Below, one piece after another: positions 15,509 to 31,204 of a stretch of DNA of 64,000 bases. Under the pieces are notes generated by a model. It searched no databases and was not told the DNA's origin. It was given only the letters and a program-made list of their open reading frames with translations. The translations under genes were made by a program, and so were the position numbers. The stretch's first letter is position 1, and each line of letters begins with the position of its first letter. This DNA comes from the human T2T-CHM13v2.0 reference genome, Homo sapiens: assembly GCF_009914755.1 (NCBI RefSeq), contig NC_060937.1. One strand, 5' to 3'.

Positions 15509-16110
15509 TGGGAGAGGAAAAGGGGAAACAGAGGCAGCAAACTGTTCAATACGGTCCTTTTCATAAATTTCACAGGCACCTATTCGATCAGAAGTGGGGA
15601 GACAGGTAAGCTAGCCTAACTCTTCTATTAACCCCATTATCAGTGATGCTTCAGAATCTTTAAAAGATCAACAAAATGAAATAATATACTGTTTTCTATA
15701 ATATGCAATAAAATACTGTCTTCCATACTGTCTGAAGGCAGACTCTTCCTTGTCTGCCATCCTGTCTCCCTTACAAAAAACCATGAGTTCTTCACACACC
15801 CATTATGTATTCCTCATTCCTAGCACAGTTGTTTAAGGACAGGCTTTGGGGCAGTGACCATTGCAAAGGATGGTTCATAATGGTGGAGGACAAAAAATAA
15901 ATGCTTTGAACTGACAAACAGCTGTCAGATAAACACAAACTGACATGTGAAAGCTAATAAAGAAGCTAAGAAATACTTCCTCACTGAAACAGAACTGAAG
16001 CACTGAGTCACAGATCCTATAAGGGGGGATTAATGACCCACCATCTATCTCAACAATCTCTTTGCAAAATAGAATGAGAAGAGTCCCCTGAAAAGAGGCA
16101 TGTCCAGTAC

Positions 16111-16203
16111 CTGGTGCAAACACACCAACGTGTAGAAAGCTTCGCCAGCCGCAGTGGTCATCTCTGTGTTGTGCTTTTGCAAAACCAGCATATCAAAAAC
16201 CAG
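16111..16203 (-). CDS. XPO4: XPO4 exon ~22, LVFDMLVLQKHNTEMTTAAGEAFYTLVCLHQ
   Basis: tttcAG acceptor and GTACTG donor; 93 nt. Confidence 0.93.
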
Positions 16204-16626
16204 CTGAAATTACATAAGACTTCTAAATAAAAACATAGGATGATCATATATCCTCCAGTCCCTCCCCAGTCCAAAAAAGAAGAAGAGAGGGTTGGTTGTT
16301 ATTCTATTTATTAAATCAATCTGAAATTTTCCTTAATGTTTTAAAAAAAATACCTTACAGATATTGCTACTTGCTGTGGTATCTGAATAATCAACAATAT
16401 CAAATTCCCTCAATGTGTACCACATCAATTTCCAAGAACACAAAAAATAGAGGATGAGAATGTGTCCATGAAGAGCTGATCTCCAGAAAAAAACAGTGAA
16501 CAGGAAGTCATGGTTTCCTCGCCCCCGAAAGAATGGAAGCATTTCCTCATTTGAATGCAGAATTATGTGCACCGACCACACTTTTGAAAGTAGCTGATTT
16601 TCTGACCTACCGCACAGACATCTTAC

Positions 16627-16744
16627 CTTAAGAAAGTGCCGTGTTGCTAGAAAAAGTGGTGAGTCTGTTTCTTGTGCTTTTGCACACTGTTCAGCTAACG
16701 GTGTCAAGGCCTCCAGGCAAAGCTGGCAAACCTCCGAACTCATT
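16627..16744 (-). CDS. XPO4: XPO4 exon ~21, MSSEVCQLCLEALTPLAEQCAKAQETDSPLFLATRHFLK
   Basis: gatcAG acceptor with a U12-like branch point; GTAAGA donor; 118 nt. Confidence 0.93.
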
Positions 16745-17630
<886 letters not shown>

Positions 17631-17761
17631 GATGTCATTCCTAATTCTAGGGAGTACATCAGACTTTTAAACAGATCCTCAGGAAGCTGTGGTATTTTTT
17701 CAGGAAAAATCTCACAGATAAATGTGATTAATTTGTAGTACTGATTACAAAGGGTTGGAAA
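17631..17761 (-). CDS. XPO4: XPO4 exon ~20, FPTLCNQYYKLITFICEIFPEKIPQLPEDLFKSLMYSLELGMT(S)
   Basis: tttcAG acceptor; followed by the U12-type donor ATATCCTTT; 131 nt. Confidence 0.92.
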
Positions 17762-18539
17762 CTGAAAAAGAAATATTCAATTATTTGGATGCTCATTAGT
17801 ATCCAATTTCTATTTTCATCAATGCAATAAAATAAAGTAACTGACAAGCTTCTAAATATAATGATTTCTTTAAAACATGTACAAGATATAGAAAACATGA
17901 AGACCAAATTAAATGTAAAAACAGGTACAAATAAAGGGCATATTTTAGTAACTACTATGAAACAAAGTAACAGACAGTCAAAACAATTATCTTCTAGATA
18001 GTTAATAAAATCTAAGGTCAATTCCTGATATTCTGTGTTTACCCGGAAAAAGTAAACAAGGCAGCCAGATTTAAAATTATTAAATAACTTAGGAGTAAAA
18101 CCTTTTTGTAAATGTATTTCCATTCAAGCATGCTGAAAAAATTCAAGAAGGTTAATACAAATTGTTAAGACTATGCACAGAGCAGAGTATTCGGTCTTTA
18201 CACTTCCAAAAACATTTTTCCAGTTGTACTATCCTAGAGAACTGAGGTAAAAGTAAGTAATCTGGTTTAACCACACTTAAGAAAAATACACACTTAAATG
18301 TTTAATGGCTTATTTGTTTAAACAAACCCTAAATGCAAATCAATATGGAGAGTTGACTAAACTTCCTCATCCTGCTGGCTGGCTGCTGTGTGAATGCCAT
18401 GGGTCATCAACATTGTTTCCAATAGTTAGAGACGCTCTCAAGGAGGGGGAAGCACACGGTTAGATCCTGCTATGCTGGCAATCAAACAGGACTCATTCTT
18501 CTCGTATGTACTCACCTTCTGGACACTTCTCAGCCTCTA

Positions 18540-18853
18540 CTTTTTTTTTTTTTTTTTTGAGACAGAGTCTCGCTCTGTCACCTAGGCTGCAGTGCAGTGG
18601 CACAATCTTGGCTCACTGCAAGCTCCGCCTCCCGGGTTCACGCCATTCTCCTGCCTCAGCCTCCTGAGTAGCTGGGACTACAGGCGCCCACCACCACACC
18701 CGGCTTTTTTTTTGTGTGTGTGTGTGTGTATTTTTAGTAGAGGCGGGGTTTCACCATGTTAGCCAGGATGGTCTCGATCTCCTGACTTCGTGATCCACCC
18801 ACCTCGGCCTCCAAAAGTGCTGGGATTACAAGCGTGAGCCACTGCGCCCGGCC
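18540..18853 (-). mobile_element. AluY with (GT)n in the middle linker
   Basis: TSD cagcctctact on both sides. Confidence 0.93.
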
Positions 18854-18896
18854 CAGCCTCTACTATCTTACTTCCTCCTACTCCTTGTCTTTATCT

Positions 18897-18948
18897 CGTG
18901 TGTGTGTGCACACGCATGCATGCATGCACATGTGCACATACACACACA
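18897..18948. repeat. Alternating purine-pyrimidine tract (TG/CA/GCAT)
   Basis: cgtgtgtgtgtgcacacgcatgcatgcatgcacatgtgcacatacacacaca. Confidence 0.85.
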
Positions 18949-19607
18949 AACTCCTCCTTTCCTTTCCACCCATGTCCTCATCCCCACCCTTATCCTGCTA
19001 TGACAACTCATGACAAGAGACCTCCCTCTGTGGTACTTACGGATGGTAGAAAAAAGTTGCCTCACCGCCACCACACCCTCAATATTAACTGACAAAACCA
19101 AGGCATAATGTAGTCAGAATGTGCAAAAACTTTAAAACAGCATCAGTCTTGGAAGCATACCATCCCATTTTTACATGGTGCCCCTTGGAAAATGCCTTCC
19201 TTTGCTCAATCCCTTAACTTGAGAATGATGTTCAGAAAGTATCAGAGGAAAACACTGAAACTTTTAACTTACTTTATTCCCTTAGTGACAAATTATGAGG
19301 TAATCAAAACTGCTAACAGAATGTACTTTCTAAAAGGACAGGCTCCTTTCTGTAGCACTCCCTGACAAAACGAGTCACTAATGTATGGGTGCCTGCAGGA
19401 CTTTGGGGCAGAAACAGAGACTAAGTAAGGGCCCATGTTACTGAGAAGCATGCACAAGTAACCGTTAATGAAAATACAAAAATTGTATCTTCATGTGCAC
19501 TTAGCAGATACAACTACTAAATTAAATCACAGATATATTCTTGTCTAAAGTATCTTTGAACTTCAGTTACACATAGTGGTATGTTCACATTCAATTTCAT
19601 TAATTAC

Positions 19608-19726
19608 CTTCAAGAGATCCTGTGACATCAAGGGCAGAATTAGGTTTACTCCATACAACACAACATCCGCTGCTGACACAGATCTGTTTGCTGCTTGACC
19701 TGGCTCATGTCCTCTAAACACTTCAT
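19608..19726 (-). CDS. XPO4: XPO4 exon ~19, EVFRGHEPGQAANRSVSAADVVLYGVNLILPLMSQDLLK
   Basis: aatAG acceptor and GTAATT donor; 119 nt. Confidence 0.95.
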
Positions 19727-20179
19727 CTATTAAAATAAAAGGATGCAGGCTTATGGTGGTAACATCAATAAATCTTCCAAGTGTGTATTCTACCCTTATG
19801 AAAATAAACTCACCCCTAGAGGCTAAATAAATCAATGAGTGAATAATAAAGAATCTGACCTCGTCCTGCCTGGTCTCTGGTGAGGGGATGGAGGAGACAG
19901 CACATCCAGGGGTGAAAAAAAGATCTGAGACCCCAGCCCTGTGTCATCCTTTTGAGTTTTATTAGGGGATATGAGTACTTGATACAGAAGTATTGGGGAG
20001 GTTAAGAGCAGGGGACAGTCTAGAAATAAAACTAATGCTTAATCAATGTTTTGAAATATAAAATCTACTGGCATACTAGCCATAATGAGTTAAACAATTT
20101 CTATAGAAATATCCATTTGATTTCAAGTGTGTATAATATTTCTAAGCTTAAAAGGAATGCGAGAAATACAGAAATTAAA

Positions 20180-20960
20180 ATGTTACATAAAAAAGAAAGT
20201 AGTTTAAAAAAGAACAACCAATATGACAAAGGGTTATCATTCTTAATACATATGAATTATATATATATATAAATTAATGAGAATACTAAGACCTAAACAG
20301 ATAAATTAACATCTCTAAACAAACGTTTATCAAAGTCTGACTCTAAAGGAAAACAGTCCATTCCAACAATTAATCAAGCAATACAAATTTTAAAAAGATA
20401 CTACTTCTGATTCGTTACATTAAAAATAATTTGTAAAAATGATAACATTTCATTGCCAGTAAGGATGAAATGTGGTTAACCTCAAAAGCAATATATTAAG
20501 ACCATTTTGAGAATTCTATCTATTAAGGATATAATCAGAAATTCAGACAGCCTTGTCCACAGAAATGATCACTGCATCACCATTTATAAGAGGAAAAAGG
20601 TAAACATTCCAGATGTCCAATATTAGGAAACAGGCTAAATTCCAAAATGTGGAATGCCACATAACCATTAAAAATATCATCACAGATTCTAATGACAAGG
20701 GAAAGGTTAACACTACATTAAACAAAATGACAGAATATAAAATTGAATTTAGTTCGCAGCTTGCCAGGAGTAAAAGCAAAATAAAAACAAACTTGTATTT
20801 AGAGCACGATCACAAAGAAAATTGGACAAAAATAACAAAAACAGAAATTCCTAAAATGCAATGTATAGTTGACTCTGGATGGTGTCCAAAAGTAAGCATG
20901 ATTTTTCTGTCTCTATATTTACAATTTTTTTCTATTAAGGGCATATTTCTTATAACAACA
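20180..20960 (+). mobile_element. Old L1 (L1ME-like) fragments
   Basis: A-rich with degenerate L1 3' motifs (caaagggttatcattcttaataca; gcatcaccatttataagagg). Confidence 0.5.
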
Positions 20961-21322
20961 AAAAGATCAAATGAGGGATATGTGTCTACTTAAAATCCAC
21001 TTGTTAAGCCTAATGCTGAACTTCTCCCCTGGAATCTTTGTTCTGGTTGGAAGAATCTCCTGTGTTAAAGCAGGAGTCACCAAATGTTCCCTGCACATCA
21101 TACTGGTAAGCCTGGATTCTACCCAAGGAACCCCAGCCTGCTCTGGAGCAGAAGGCTGGTACTAGAGCTTGACTCCCTGCTCCAGGTATCTGCCAAGAAG
21201 ACACGTCTCTCAGAGCCGGCAAAGGCTGACCCATCATGGGCTCCAAGAGGGCTCAGTCTCTAACCATGTGCTCTGCTAAGGAGTCAAGAAAGCAGGTCGG
21301 ATACCACGTTAAAGAATGTCAA

Positions 21323-21889
<567 letters not shown>

Positions 21890-21942
21890 GTCAGATGCCA
21901 GTTTCCAGTTATGCTTTTATTATTTATTAATTATTATTAATA

Positions 21943-22234
21943 TTTTTTGAGCTGGAGTTCCGCTCTTGTTGCCCAGGCTGGAGTGCAATGGCACAATCTC
22001 AGCTCACTGCAACCTCCTCTCTTCCCAGGTTCAAGCGATTCTCCTGCCTTAGCTTCCTGAGTAGCTGGGATTACAGGCATGCACCACCATGCCCGGCTAA
22101 TTTTTTTGTATTTTTAGTAGAGACGGGGTTTCTCCATGTTGGCCTGGCTAGTCTCAAACTCTTGACCTTAGGTGATCCACCCGCCTCAGCCTCCCAAAGT
22201 GCTGGGATTACAGGCGTGAGCCACCACACCCGGC
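21943..22234 (-). mobile_element. AluS
   Basis: TSD cagttatgctttta. Confidence 0.92.
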
Positions 22235-22694
22235 GCAGTTATGCTTTTAATATCTCACCTAGTCCATTAACTTTGTTTTACAATATTTAGAATATTTTAT
22301 ATTTTGTTTCAGCTATTATCTTTATTTTTAAATAAAATATTCTCTTCCTTTTTACCATCCATTTGCCTGATGTGCCAAAGATGTTTCCTTATAATTTTCT
22401 ACTTTGCCTTCATTTTTGTTTCTTCTGAATTTCAACCCTATATACTCGTTTTATTCTTTTTACCCCTATTTTGTTTTGTCTAGCCTGAGCATTATAGCAT
22501 CAATTTCTTTTCTTAACCTTATTATGACTTTAATCTTTTCGCTGCTTTTATTTTGAAAATCTCTCCTTCAAATGCTTAGCTTTATTGTTTGCTCTACAAT
22601 TTGTTCTTAGAATGGCAGATGGGAGGAAGTGCAGCTGCACCATAAACCTGGGAGATTGTCTTCAAACACCTTAATAGCCCCCCTGCCCTTTCTT

Positions 22695-22898
<204 letters not shown>

Positions 22899-23729
22899 TG
22901 ATCTGAAACATTTCACCCTTAACCAAAGAAGACTCCCAGGTGAAAAAATATTCCAAAAATATTAATGGCTATCCCTTATTGTTGGTACAAGTCCTACTGG
23001 GTCCAGGGCAAGTCGTACAGAAATTATGTTACTCAAAGAAAAACTCAGGAAGGCTGTGCTGGGGGAGGATCCTCCATCTAGAGTCCAGTAAGGAAGCAGA
23101 GAGGCAGTTCTGATTTCCTAAAGGGGCCTTCAAGGTAGGAAGAAGATGGAAGATTCTAAAAACTGGCCACAGCTCCACAATCATTTCTCTAAATGTTTAC
23201 TTCTATTATAATCCTTCCTTTTTTGATAGGATTATAGAATATTCTAGAAATGTGGACTGTCCCTTCTCCTTTCTCTTATTAACGCTGCCCAGCGCTGGGA
23301 TCTACTGTAGTACTTAAGTAGGTAGGAAACACGATGGAATCACTATTTTAGGAAAATTATTCTGAAAATAAGACAAATCTGGTAGTATGTCAGAAACAAC
23401 TAGGAAACTTAGTCAAAATATAGATTTCTAGAGTTAGTAGGTCTGCGATGGGGCCTGAGTGGGGGCATAGAATAAGAATCCAAGAAAATGATACTATTTC
23501 TAGAAATGAAAAAATTGAAACAATGAGCTGATTTATGATACACAGAGTAATCATGATAGTAAATCATCTAAACATATACATGTTTTAGCTCTGGGTCCTA
23601 ACATTTAGTTACAGATTCCTCTGGGGACAAGATTCTTAACCTGGGTTCCTGACACACCTGGAAAATGTATAGAAGAGTTTCCAGGAGTCCATGAACCAAC
23701 TAATACTGTATTAGTAAGAGGTTAAGAAT

Positions 23730-23902
23730 GCTGGGCACAGTGGCTCACACCTGTAATCCCAGCACTCTGGGAGGTTAAGGTGGGAGAATAGTTTAAGCCT
23801 GAGGTTGAGGCTGCACAGAGCTGTGGCCATGCGACTGCACTCTAGCCTGGATGACAGAGGGAGACCCTGCCTCTCAAACAACAACAAGGAAAGAAAGAAA
23901 AA
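23730..23902 (+). mobile_element. Alu monomer or internally deleted AluJ
   Basis: Left-arm start joined to a right-arm end; aagttaagaa-like TSD. Confidence 0.75.
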
Positions 23903-24499
23903 GTTAAGAACTCCTGGATTAAGCAGAACTGACCTGAAGAAAGTTAGAAAACTTGGGTGAAAGGCTGGGCCTAAAAACAGACCAGAAAGAATTCACTGAG
24001 GAAAAGTGAATTTGTACAGTGCTTTTCAGACTATCTCACCTTGGTACCCCTAGTTAACTGCAAAAAAAATAAAGAGTAAACCTTCTACACTGTGAAGTTG
24101 ATGGTACCTAGCTCAGGGCAGATATTGGAAAAACCGTTGCCCAAGAATTTAAAGAAAAAAAAAAAAGACATGGTCCAGTGAATAAGGAATACGAAAAAAT
24201 TAAGGAAACAGAACAATCTCAAGGATTGGGATAAATAAGTCAAGTGGATATTATAGCACCCAACTTAGAAAGAGAATCTTACAAGGAAGAAGCCAAAAAT
24301 GTCCACTACCACACGTGTTTGCACAACATATAATAGGAGAGGCTAGATATGATTCATTTTTCTGTCATGAAACAGGATCCATTTTGTTTGAAGTCAAGGT
24401 TGGCAGTGAGATAGGAGGGGAGTGAACTCTACAGCACTGAAAACTATACACATATATGAGGTTTAAATTACTGATCAGGTTCTTGCCTGTAACAGCAAC

Positions 24500-25030
24500 T
24501 ATCTTTTACCTACTGATTGTCAGACACAATGCTAGGCACCAAAGACACTTTACAGCTGATCCTTCAAACACACTGAAAGGTATTTATTATCATACCCATT
24601 TGACCAGCTAGTAAAGACACAGGTAGGCTAATCAACTCCCCTCACATCATACTGTAGGTGAGACACTAGGCTAGGTCTTCAAAGTGTGGGCTGTTAACTC
24701 CAGAGAGAGTGCTTCCTACACCAACAGGGCTTTCCAAGCCACACTCTGGAAAGTGCTAGGGTTTCTGGGGTGGCCACCGTGAGGAACATGGAGAAGTGAT
24801 TAGTCAGGAAGTGTAACTCTGAAGAGACTGGCATCTGGAGTCACAGGCTGGGATTTGAATCCCAGTCCTGGCTAAGTATCTGTGGCCAAGTGACTTAAGC
24901 TCTCTGTGCTTCTGCTTCCTCATCTATAAAGTGAGAATAACAATGGGATTGACTTCATACCATTGTGAGAGGTAAGAACAGTGCACGGCATTTAGTAAGA
25001 TCTCAATGAATGAGAGATACTATTTCTATT
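24500..25030. mobile_element. MIR fragments
   Basis: ctgggatttgaatcccag...ctctctgtgcttctgcttcctcatctataaagtgagaataa. Confidence 0.7.
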
Positions 25031-25218
25031 ATTCTTACAAGAGGAAAGGCAAGCAGGAGGGCCACTGGTCCTCACCCTCACTTTGACCACAAAGATCTTC
25101 TTTCATTTATTCCATAAATTGAATTTCCTCATGAGATGTCTCTTACAGAAAACAATCCTTTGATTTAATAAAAAGGAGGATAACAACAAAGTTTAAAAAC
25201 CATCACGTTACATTTTAC

Positions 25219-25399
25219 CTGTATCACTGAAATCTATGAATTCTTTTGACAGCAGGTTAGTAAGAAGTTCCATAATGAGAAGCAGGTCTTGGTATTGCTC
25301 TTCTTCTGCTGTAACATCTATTCTTTGCCGCCCTAAATTATTCTTAGAATACACTTGCAACAAAGTAAGGCAGGCTTCATATAAGTTCATAGCTTTGGA
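25219..25399 (-). CDS. XPO4: XPO4 exon ~18, SKAMNLYEACL...FIDFSDT(D)
   Basis: Poly-T followed by cAG acceptor; GTAAAA donor; 181 nt. Confidence 0.95.
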
Positions 25400-25619
25400 C
25401 TGAAAAAAAAAAAAATGCACAAATTATGCTACTTGGTACACTGACATTAAAAAAATTTTAAAATATAATCTATATAAATTAACTCCGAATTCCAACAGTA
25501 GCAATAATTCTTGCTTTAAACTACATTAAAACAATAATTTCTAGAAAGCATATATTAAGAGTATATTTTTTTTAATTTTACCCCTTTTCTAACAAAATTT
25601 TAGGACAAGAATTTATATT

Positions 25620-25720
25620 CAGGTGCAGCAAACCACCATGGCATACATATACCTATGTAACAAATCTGAACGTTCTGTATATGTATCCTGTTTCCTTTTA
25701 GAAGAAATTAAAAAAAAAAT
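25620..25720 (+). mobile_element. L1PA/PB 3' end fragment with A-tail
   Basis: gcagcaaaccaccatggc...tatacctatgtaacaaa. Confidence 0.8.
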
Positions 25721-25906
25721 TTACATTCATTCAACATGACTTTCTCTAAATTATAAGTTCTTTTCAAAAATCTTTTTTAAAAAACTTTTGAAGGAATAAA
25801 AATATTATTTAAGATAATACTAATCAAATTTTAAGCAAAGATCTATTATTTTATTACAGCTTCAAAGAGTTTTAATCCTGAGGGGATAAAATTAGAAAGT
25901 GCTTAC

Positions 25907-26200
25907 CTCTCCAAGATAGCATATCTGTTTATGTGCAACTTCAACAAAAACTTCTATAATGAGATTGACAGTCTCTGGGGTATTCTTGTAAACTTCCATC
26001 AATCCAATGCAATTGGTAAGGAAGTCCATTAAAAAATTAAACAGGATTGCTACGTTGTCAATCTGGGTAGCCTCAGCAATGCCACACAGGGCCTCTAGTG
26101 TGGCAGTGATTTCCTGCTTGACTTCCTCTTGCTGACACATCTGCTGGAAGTTTTCTTGGTTTATCACTCTTAAGAATCGCTGCTGAAGTGGCTGAAGAAC
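25907..26200 (-). CDS. XPO4: XPO4 exon ~17, VLQPLQQRFLRVINQENF...QICYLGE
   Basis: ttatAG acceptor and GTAAGC donor; 294 nt; overlaps ORF 25892..26167. Confidence 0.95.
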
Positions 26201-26925
26201 CTATAAAAATAAACCAGGAATTTTCTTAAAGCTCAGTTCTCATGCTTTATTTCCTCTGCTTGGATACATATTCACTTTCCAAAACATTTCTAATTGTTGG
26301 AGGCAGGACAAGCACATAACAAAGAATATCTAAACCAGACTTTACACTCCCCATTTTGAGGGTCATCCTAACTTTCCGCTCATGTAAAGCCAGAACACCC
26401 AAAGCATGGGACATAACTGTCTCCCTGCCACTCAAAGAATTCTGCCATTTCCCTCCATCTCTTTCCAAGTAATGAGTCAAAAAGGAAAAAAAACTTTGTT
26501 TACAAAATCAGACAGTAAGCCACATTTGGCCCATGGGCTGCAGCTTGCCGACCTCTACAGAGTGAAGCCCAATTCAAAGTTCTTGTCTGTTTTTTTCCTT
26601 TTTCCTTTACCTAATTCCTCTTGGCACAGAACGTAACTTCAGATAATCAGTCCTGCCCTGTATATAAGAGTACTCATATTCAAGAGGACAGTATCTTAAT
26701 TCGACTTTAAGTTGTCCATATGATAATACAATTGTTTAAAATAAAAATACTTAGTCAGTCTGGTTTCCCCTGGATTTGAAGTCACAAACAACTGCCTAAT
26801 TCCATTACTGTGCCCCTTCTCAAACACTAAGGGCCCTCTAGACAAGGACTGCAGGCTGGCAACCTACACACACTGGCAACTCTTGGCCCTTGATTTAAAG
26901 CCTATTAAATAATGTGCCCATGGTT

Positions 26926-27640
26926 GTTGTTATGGGTCAAACTGTGTTCCTCAAAAACTCATATGTGGAAATCCAAACCCCAGGATATGAACTTATTTGA
27001 TAATAGAGTTGGCCGGATGCAGTGGCTCACACCTGTAATCCCAACGTTTTGGAAGGCTGAGGTGGGCGGATCACTTGAGGTCAGGAGACCAGCCTGGCCA
27101 ACATGGCAAAACCCCGTCTCTACTAAAAATACAAAAATTAGCCAGGCATGGTGGTGCGCACCTGTAATCCCACCTACTTAGGAGGCTGAGACAGGAGAGT
27201 CGCTTGACCCAGGAGGTGGAGGTTGCAGTGAGCCAAGATCACACCACTGCACTCCAGCCTGAGTGACAGAGCAAGACTCCGTCTCAAAAAAAAAGAAAAT
27301 AGGGTTGTCATAGATGTAATTAGTTCAGATGAGGTCATACCGGAATAGGGTGGGCCCCTAGTTCAATATAACTGATATAGAAAGGGGAAGTGTGGATGCA
27401 GACACACACAGGGGGAGCATGTGAAGATGAAGGCAGGGATCAGGGTGATGCGTTTACAAATCAAGGAATGCCAAAGACTGCCAGCAAGCTACCAGAGGCT
27501 ACAGATTTTCCCTCATAGCCTTCAGAAAGAACAAATCCCATGGACACCTTATAGCTTGGACTTCTAGCCTCCAGAAGTAGGAGAAAACAAATTTCTGTTG
27601 TGGTATTTTGTTAGAGCAGCCCTAGGAAATGAATATCATG
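26926..27640. mobile_element. MLT1-type MaLR LTR interrupted by an Alu (27011-27298, +)
   Basis: gatgtaattagtt...gatgaggtcatac...gtgaagatgaaggcag...ggacttctagcctccagaa. Confidence 0.8.
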
Positions 27641-27871
27641 GTTAATCTGCATCTTATTCAAGACAGGAGAATATTTCCCTGATCCCTAATGAAAATTTAA
27701 TAAGCCAGTCCATGCTCTCGACTGAGTTGTGAAAAATGTGCCTAAAATGCAGAACACTTGATAATATTCAATGTCATCACACACAGGCAGGTACAGAAAA
27801 ATTATAAGACAACATTTGTAAAATAAGAAGCTTCAACCCATTCATTAGGAGAAAAAATATCAGAAAAGCTA

Positions 27872-28200
<329 letters not shown>

Positions 28201-28307
28201 GCTATGACTGATACATTTATGTCTCCAGAGACTCTTACGGCAACGCATAGATAAAGGAACTACAGAGTTACACAAAAGGGTGCAATCAAAATAGACAGCA
28301 CTGTTAC

Positions 28308-28482
28308 CTCTGTCCAATACTGCTGTTTGGTTTCTGTGTCCATATGTGCAAAACCTCCTAAGACTAGAGCCTTCATCAATGTCCTCTGCACAGGACTTGA
28401 CAAGAAATTAAGAGGTGGGCTTCGGCTTGCAAACTGCTTAGCTAAATTCCACCAGTTCTCACATTGAATTACTAAGTTTGCC
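28308..28482 (-). CDS. XPO4: XPO4 exon ~16, ANLVIQCENWWNLAKQF...TKQQYWTE
   Basis: ctgtAG acceptor and GTAACA donor; 175 nt. Confidence 0.93.
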
Positions 28483-28609
28483 CTACAGGTAGAAATAACA
28501 AAACATAAGATGTATTACTATGTATATACATACACACATACACATATACACACAAAGAAAACAAAAATAAAAAATAACTAGATTTAATTACTGTTAAAGC
28601 AAAGTACAG

Positions 28610-28860
28610 TAAACTTAGTATAGACTTTGAAGTCACAGGCTTACATTCAAATCCCACTAGTTGTCTGGTGATGTAAAATTTATTTAACCTCTATCAATCA
28701 TCACTTCTCTATAATCTGCAAAATAGGAATAATAACAGTCTCCTGGGGCTGAGACTGATATAATGATTAAATGAGATACTACCTATGACATGCTTAGAAG
28801 AGTACATAGTAAATTATAAGAATTCAATAAACCAGACAATGACAATGGTAATAATAACAA
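28610..28860. mobile_element. MIR
   Basis: ttcaaatccc...atctgcaaaataggaataataacag...gattaaatgagat. Confidence 0.65.
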
Positions 28861-29298
28861 TGATACTCCTATACAGTAAGAACAACGAAAACATTTCTAG
28901 AATTGTTGTAGCAAGCACTAAAAATTTTACTTTCCAACATTAAATTTTAAATATCAGTATTTAATCTTTAAAATGGGGATGTCTAAAAATTCAAATGAGC
29001 ATATTCCACATAAAAGTGTTTGCAACACGATAAATTACTAATGTGTTACTCATAGGGCTTTGATGCCAAATCCTGAAGGAGTCAATGTAATGCTCAATTA
29101 TAAGATGGGAAAGCTCCATTTGCATTTGTAATAGTACTGTGACATAGTTTTTAAAACCCATTACTCCAAAAATGTAGGCTCTATCTGGAATTAGGACCGT
29201 GTAACCATTTGCCAGTTCAAAGGACTACACTAAGAAGTGAAAAAGAGTTTCTCACCCACACACATACACACACAGTCAGCCTCCAACAATGGGCTAAC

Positions 29299-29468
29299 CT
29301 TTCTCTTCTTTCCACCAAAGTGACAAGGAGCTGCACAGTGTCATTTGCAAGGTCCTGCTCACTACTCCAGACTGAGAGGTTACTGATGACTTTTTGTAAG
29401 AGGTAGCCAATTATCCACTGAGAACCCTCTGTATCTGCTCCGAACGCTGTACTGAATGGCAGACTTAT
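29299..29468 (-). CDS. XPO4: XPO4 exon ~15, ISLPFSTAFGADTEGSQW...LVERRE(R)
   Basis: ttaAG acceptor and GTTAGC donor; 170 nt; overlaps ORF 29217..29513. Confidence 0.95.
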
Positions 29469-29973
29469 CTTAAGAGAGGAAACAAATTTTTTAAGGTAAG
29501 CAAGAAAGATCAACTCAAGAAAAAAAAAACAGAGAAAAATCGAACTGAAATTAGTATCTAATCTGAAGTAGTGCTTACTTCACATCAACTTTACACATGT
29601 ACTCATTTCCACTGGTCAAAAAAAAAGACATCCTCAATCCACTCACATTTTCCAGTGTGATTTTCCCGTCAACTTCTATTATTCCCATAGTATTAAAAAA
29701 TTAACATAGTATTAAACCAAATACAAAAAAGCATAATCTATTCCCAAATAATAATCTGTATCTTCAACAGCAGTTAAAATAAACGATATCAAGGGATGTG
29801 CTCAAAAACACATTAAAACAGCATTCCAGTCACATAATTCTCTTCCACACAGAAAATGTTAAACTGCTCTTAAACAGTTCTATTTTGATGAAAAACCACC
29901 AAGAAAAATGTTCCTGCTTCTATAACTGCTATCATCATAAATCCAAATGAAGTTTTAAGTTTTACATTCTGAC

Positions 29974-30133
29974 CTGATCATACAGTTTTTCATCCACCAG
30001 GAGATAAGTCTTTGCCCAGCGTTTTAAAAACCAAACAATATCTTTGCCCATCTGGGGACTTAGTAGATGAGTGAGATCTGCTCTTATTGCTCGAGATTCA
30101 ACTTCTGAAACTCTGAGAATGGCAGACAACAGC
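29974..30133 (-). CDS. XPO4: XPO4 exon ~14, LLSAILRVSEVESRAIRADLTHLLSPQMGKDIVWFLKRWAKTYLLVDEKLYDQ
   Basis: ctacAG acceptor and GTCAGA donor; 160 nt. Confidence 0.93.
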
Positions 30134-31204
30134 CTGTAGGTATAAAACAGAAGTCATTTATTCTTTTATTTATTTAGTTGCTGTCTAATCATATTTTTTT
30201 CCTTAAAAGTCCTTTTTTGTCTTTCAGTTCTCTGGATTTAGGTCAGGCTATACTTGAACATTTCATCTACAGAGTTTTAGACAACTGTCCCATATTATTT
30301 CTGATCTTTCACGAAGCAGGAGACAAGATAAGGAAAGGAAGAGTCAACACTAGAGATGTCCTTCTGCTGAAGTTGTAACCACATGTGTGAATATCAGCAT
30401 TACTAGCTAAAGAGAATTTTCAGATTCAAAATTTTCAGATTTTCAGGAGAAATACATCAAATTAAATCTTCAGAGTACATGCCAAACTCTTTTAGCATGT
30501 ACTACTTAGCATCACTACTTAAAACTACCCTGGTTAGTATAGTTTGTGTTTTTATATCATGGTCATGTTACAGTACAAGATCTGGGAATTATTTAGAAAG
30601 TTTTGAATATTGAGCCTTGTTTAAATCCAATATTTCCTAGTAAACTTGATTCTTCATGGTATTTTTAAATAAAACTCTTGCTAGAAAGATTACCTGTGTA
30701 AGTACACATATTGTCCTTTCCTACACTACATAATTCATATGGTCGTGTGGTGTCAGTCACATAGCGTGACATGCAGACAAACAGAAATGTCTTTGTTGAG
30801 GAGGGCACATAATCAGAAGTGATATATATTTAACCTGACTTTAGCCAAAAGGCAAGGAAGCAAAGGAGGTAATGGAAAGACCCCATTACACACTAATGAA
30901 TATCAGTGCTGAGAAAAGGATTCTAATCACTCAAATTCGGCTTATGCTCCTTTACTAGTGCTCTCAGGAAGCCTGAAATGATCTCATCATGAAATCATAC
31001 ACACGTGTTTCAGTTCTTTACCCCACTGGATGGCCCACTGTCACTGCCCTTATCTTCCTGCAGCCTCCCTGGGGTCACTGCCCTTCCTCTCTTCATCTAG
31101 CCATCTGCTTCCTCTTTCCCAGTCTTCATGGCAGCATCCTCTTCTCCTGAACTTCTTCTTTAAATCAGGAGGTTTTTAAGGTTCCACCCCAGAATCTCTT
31201 CTAA

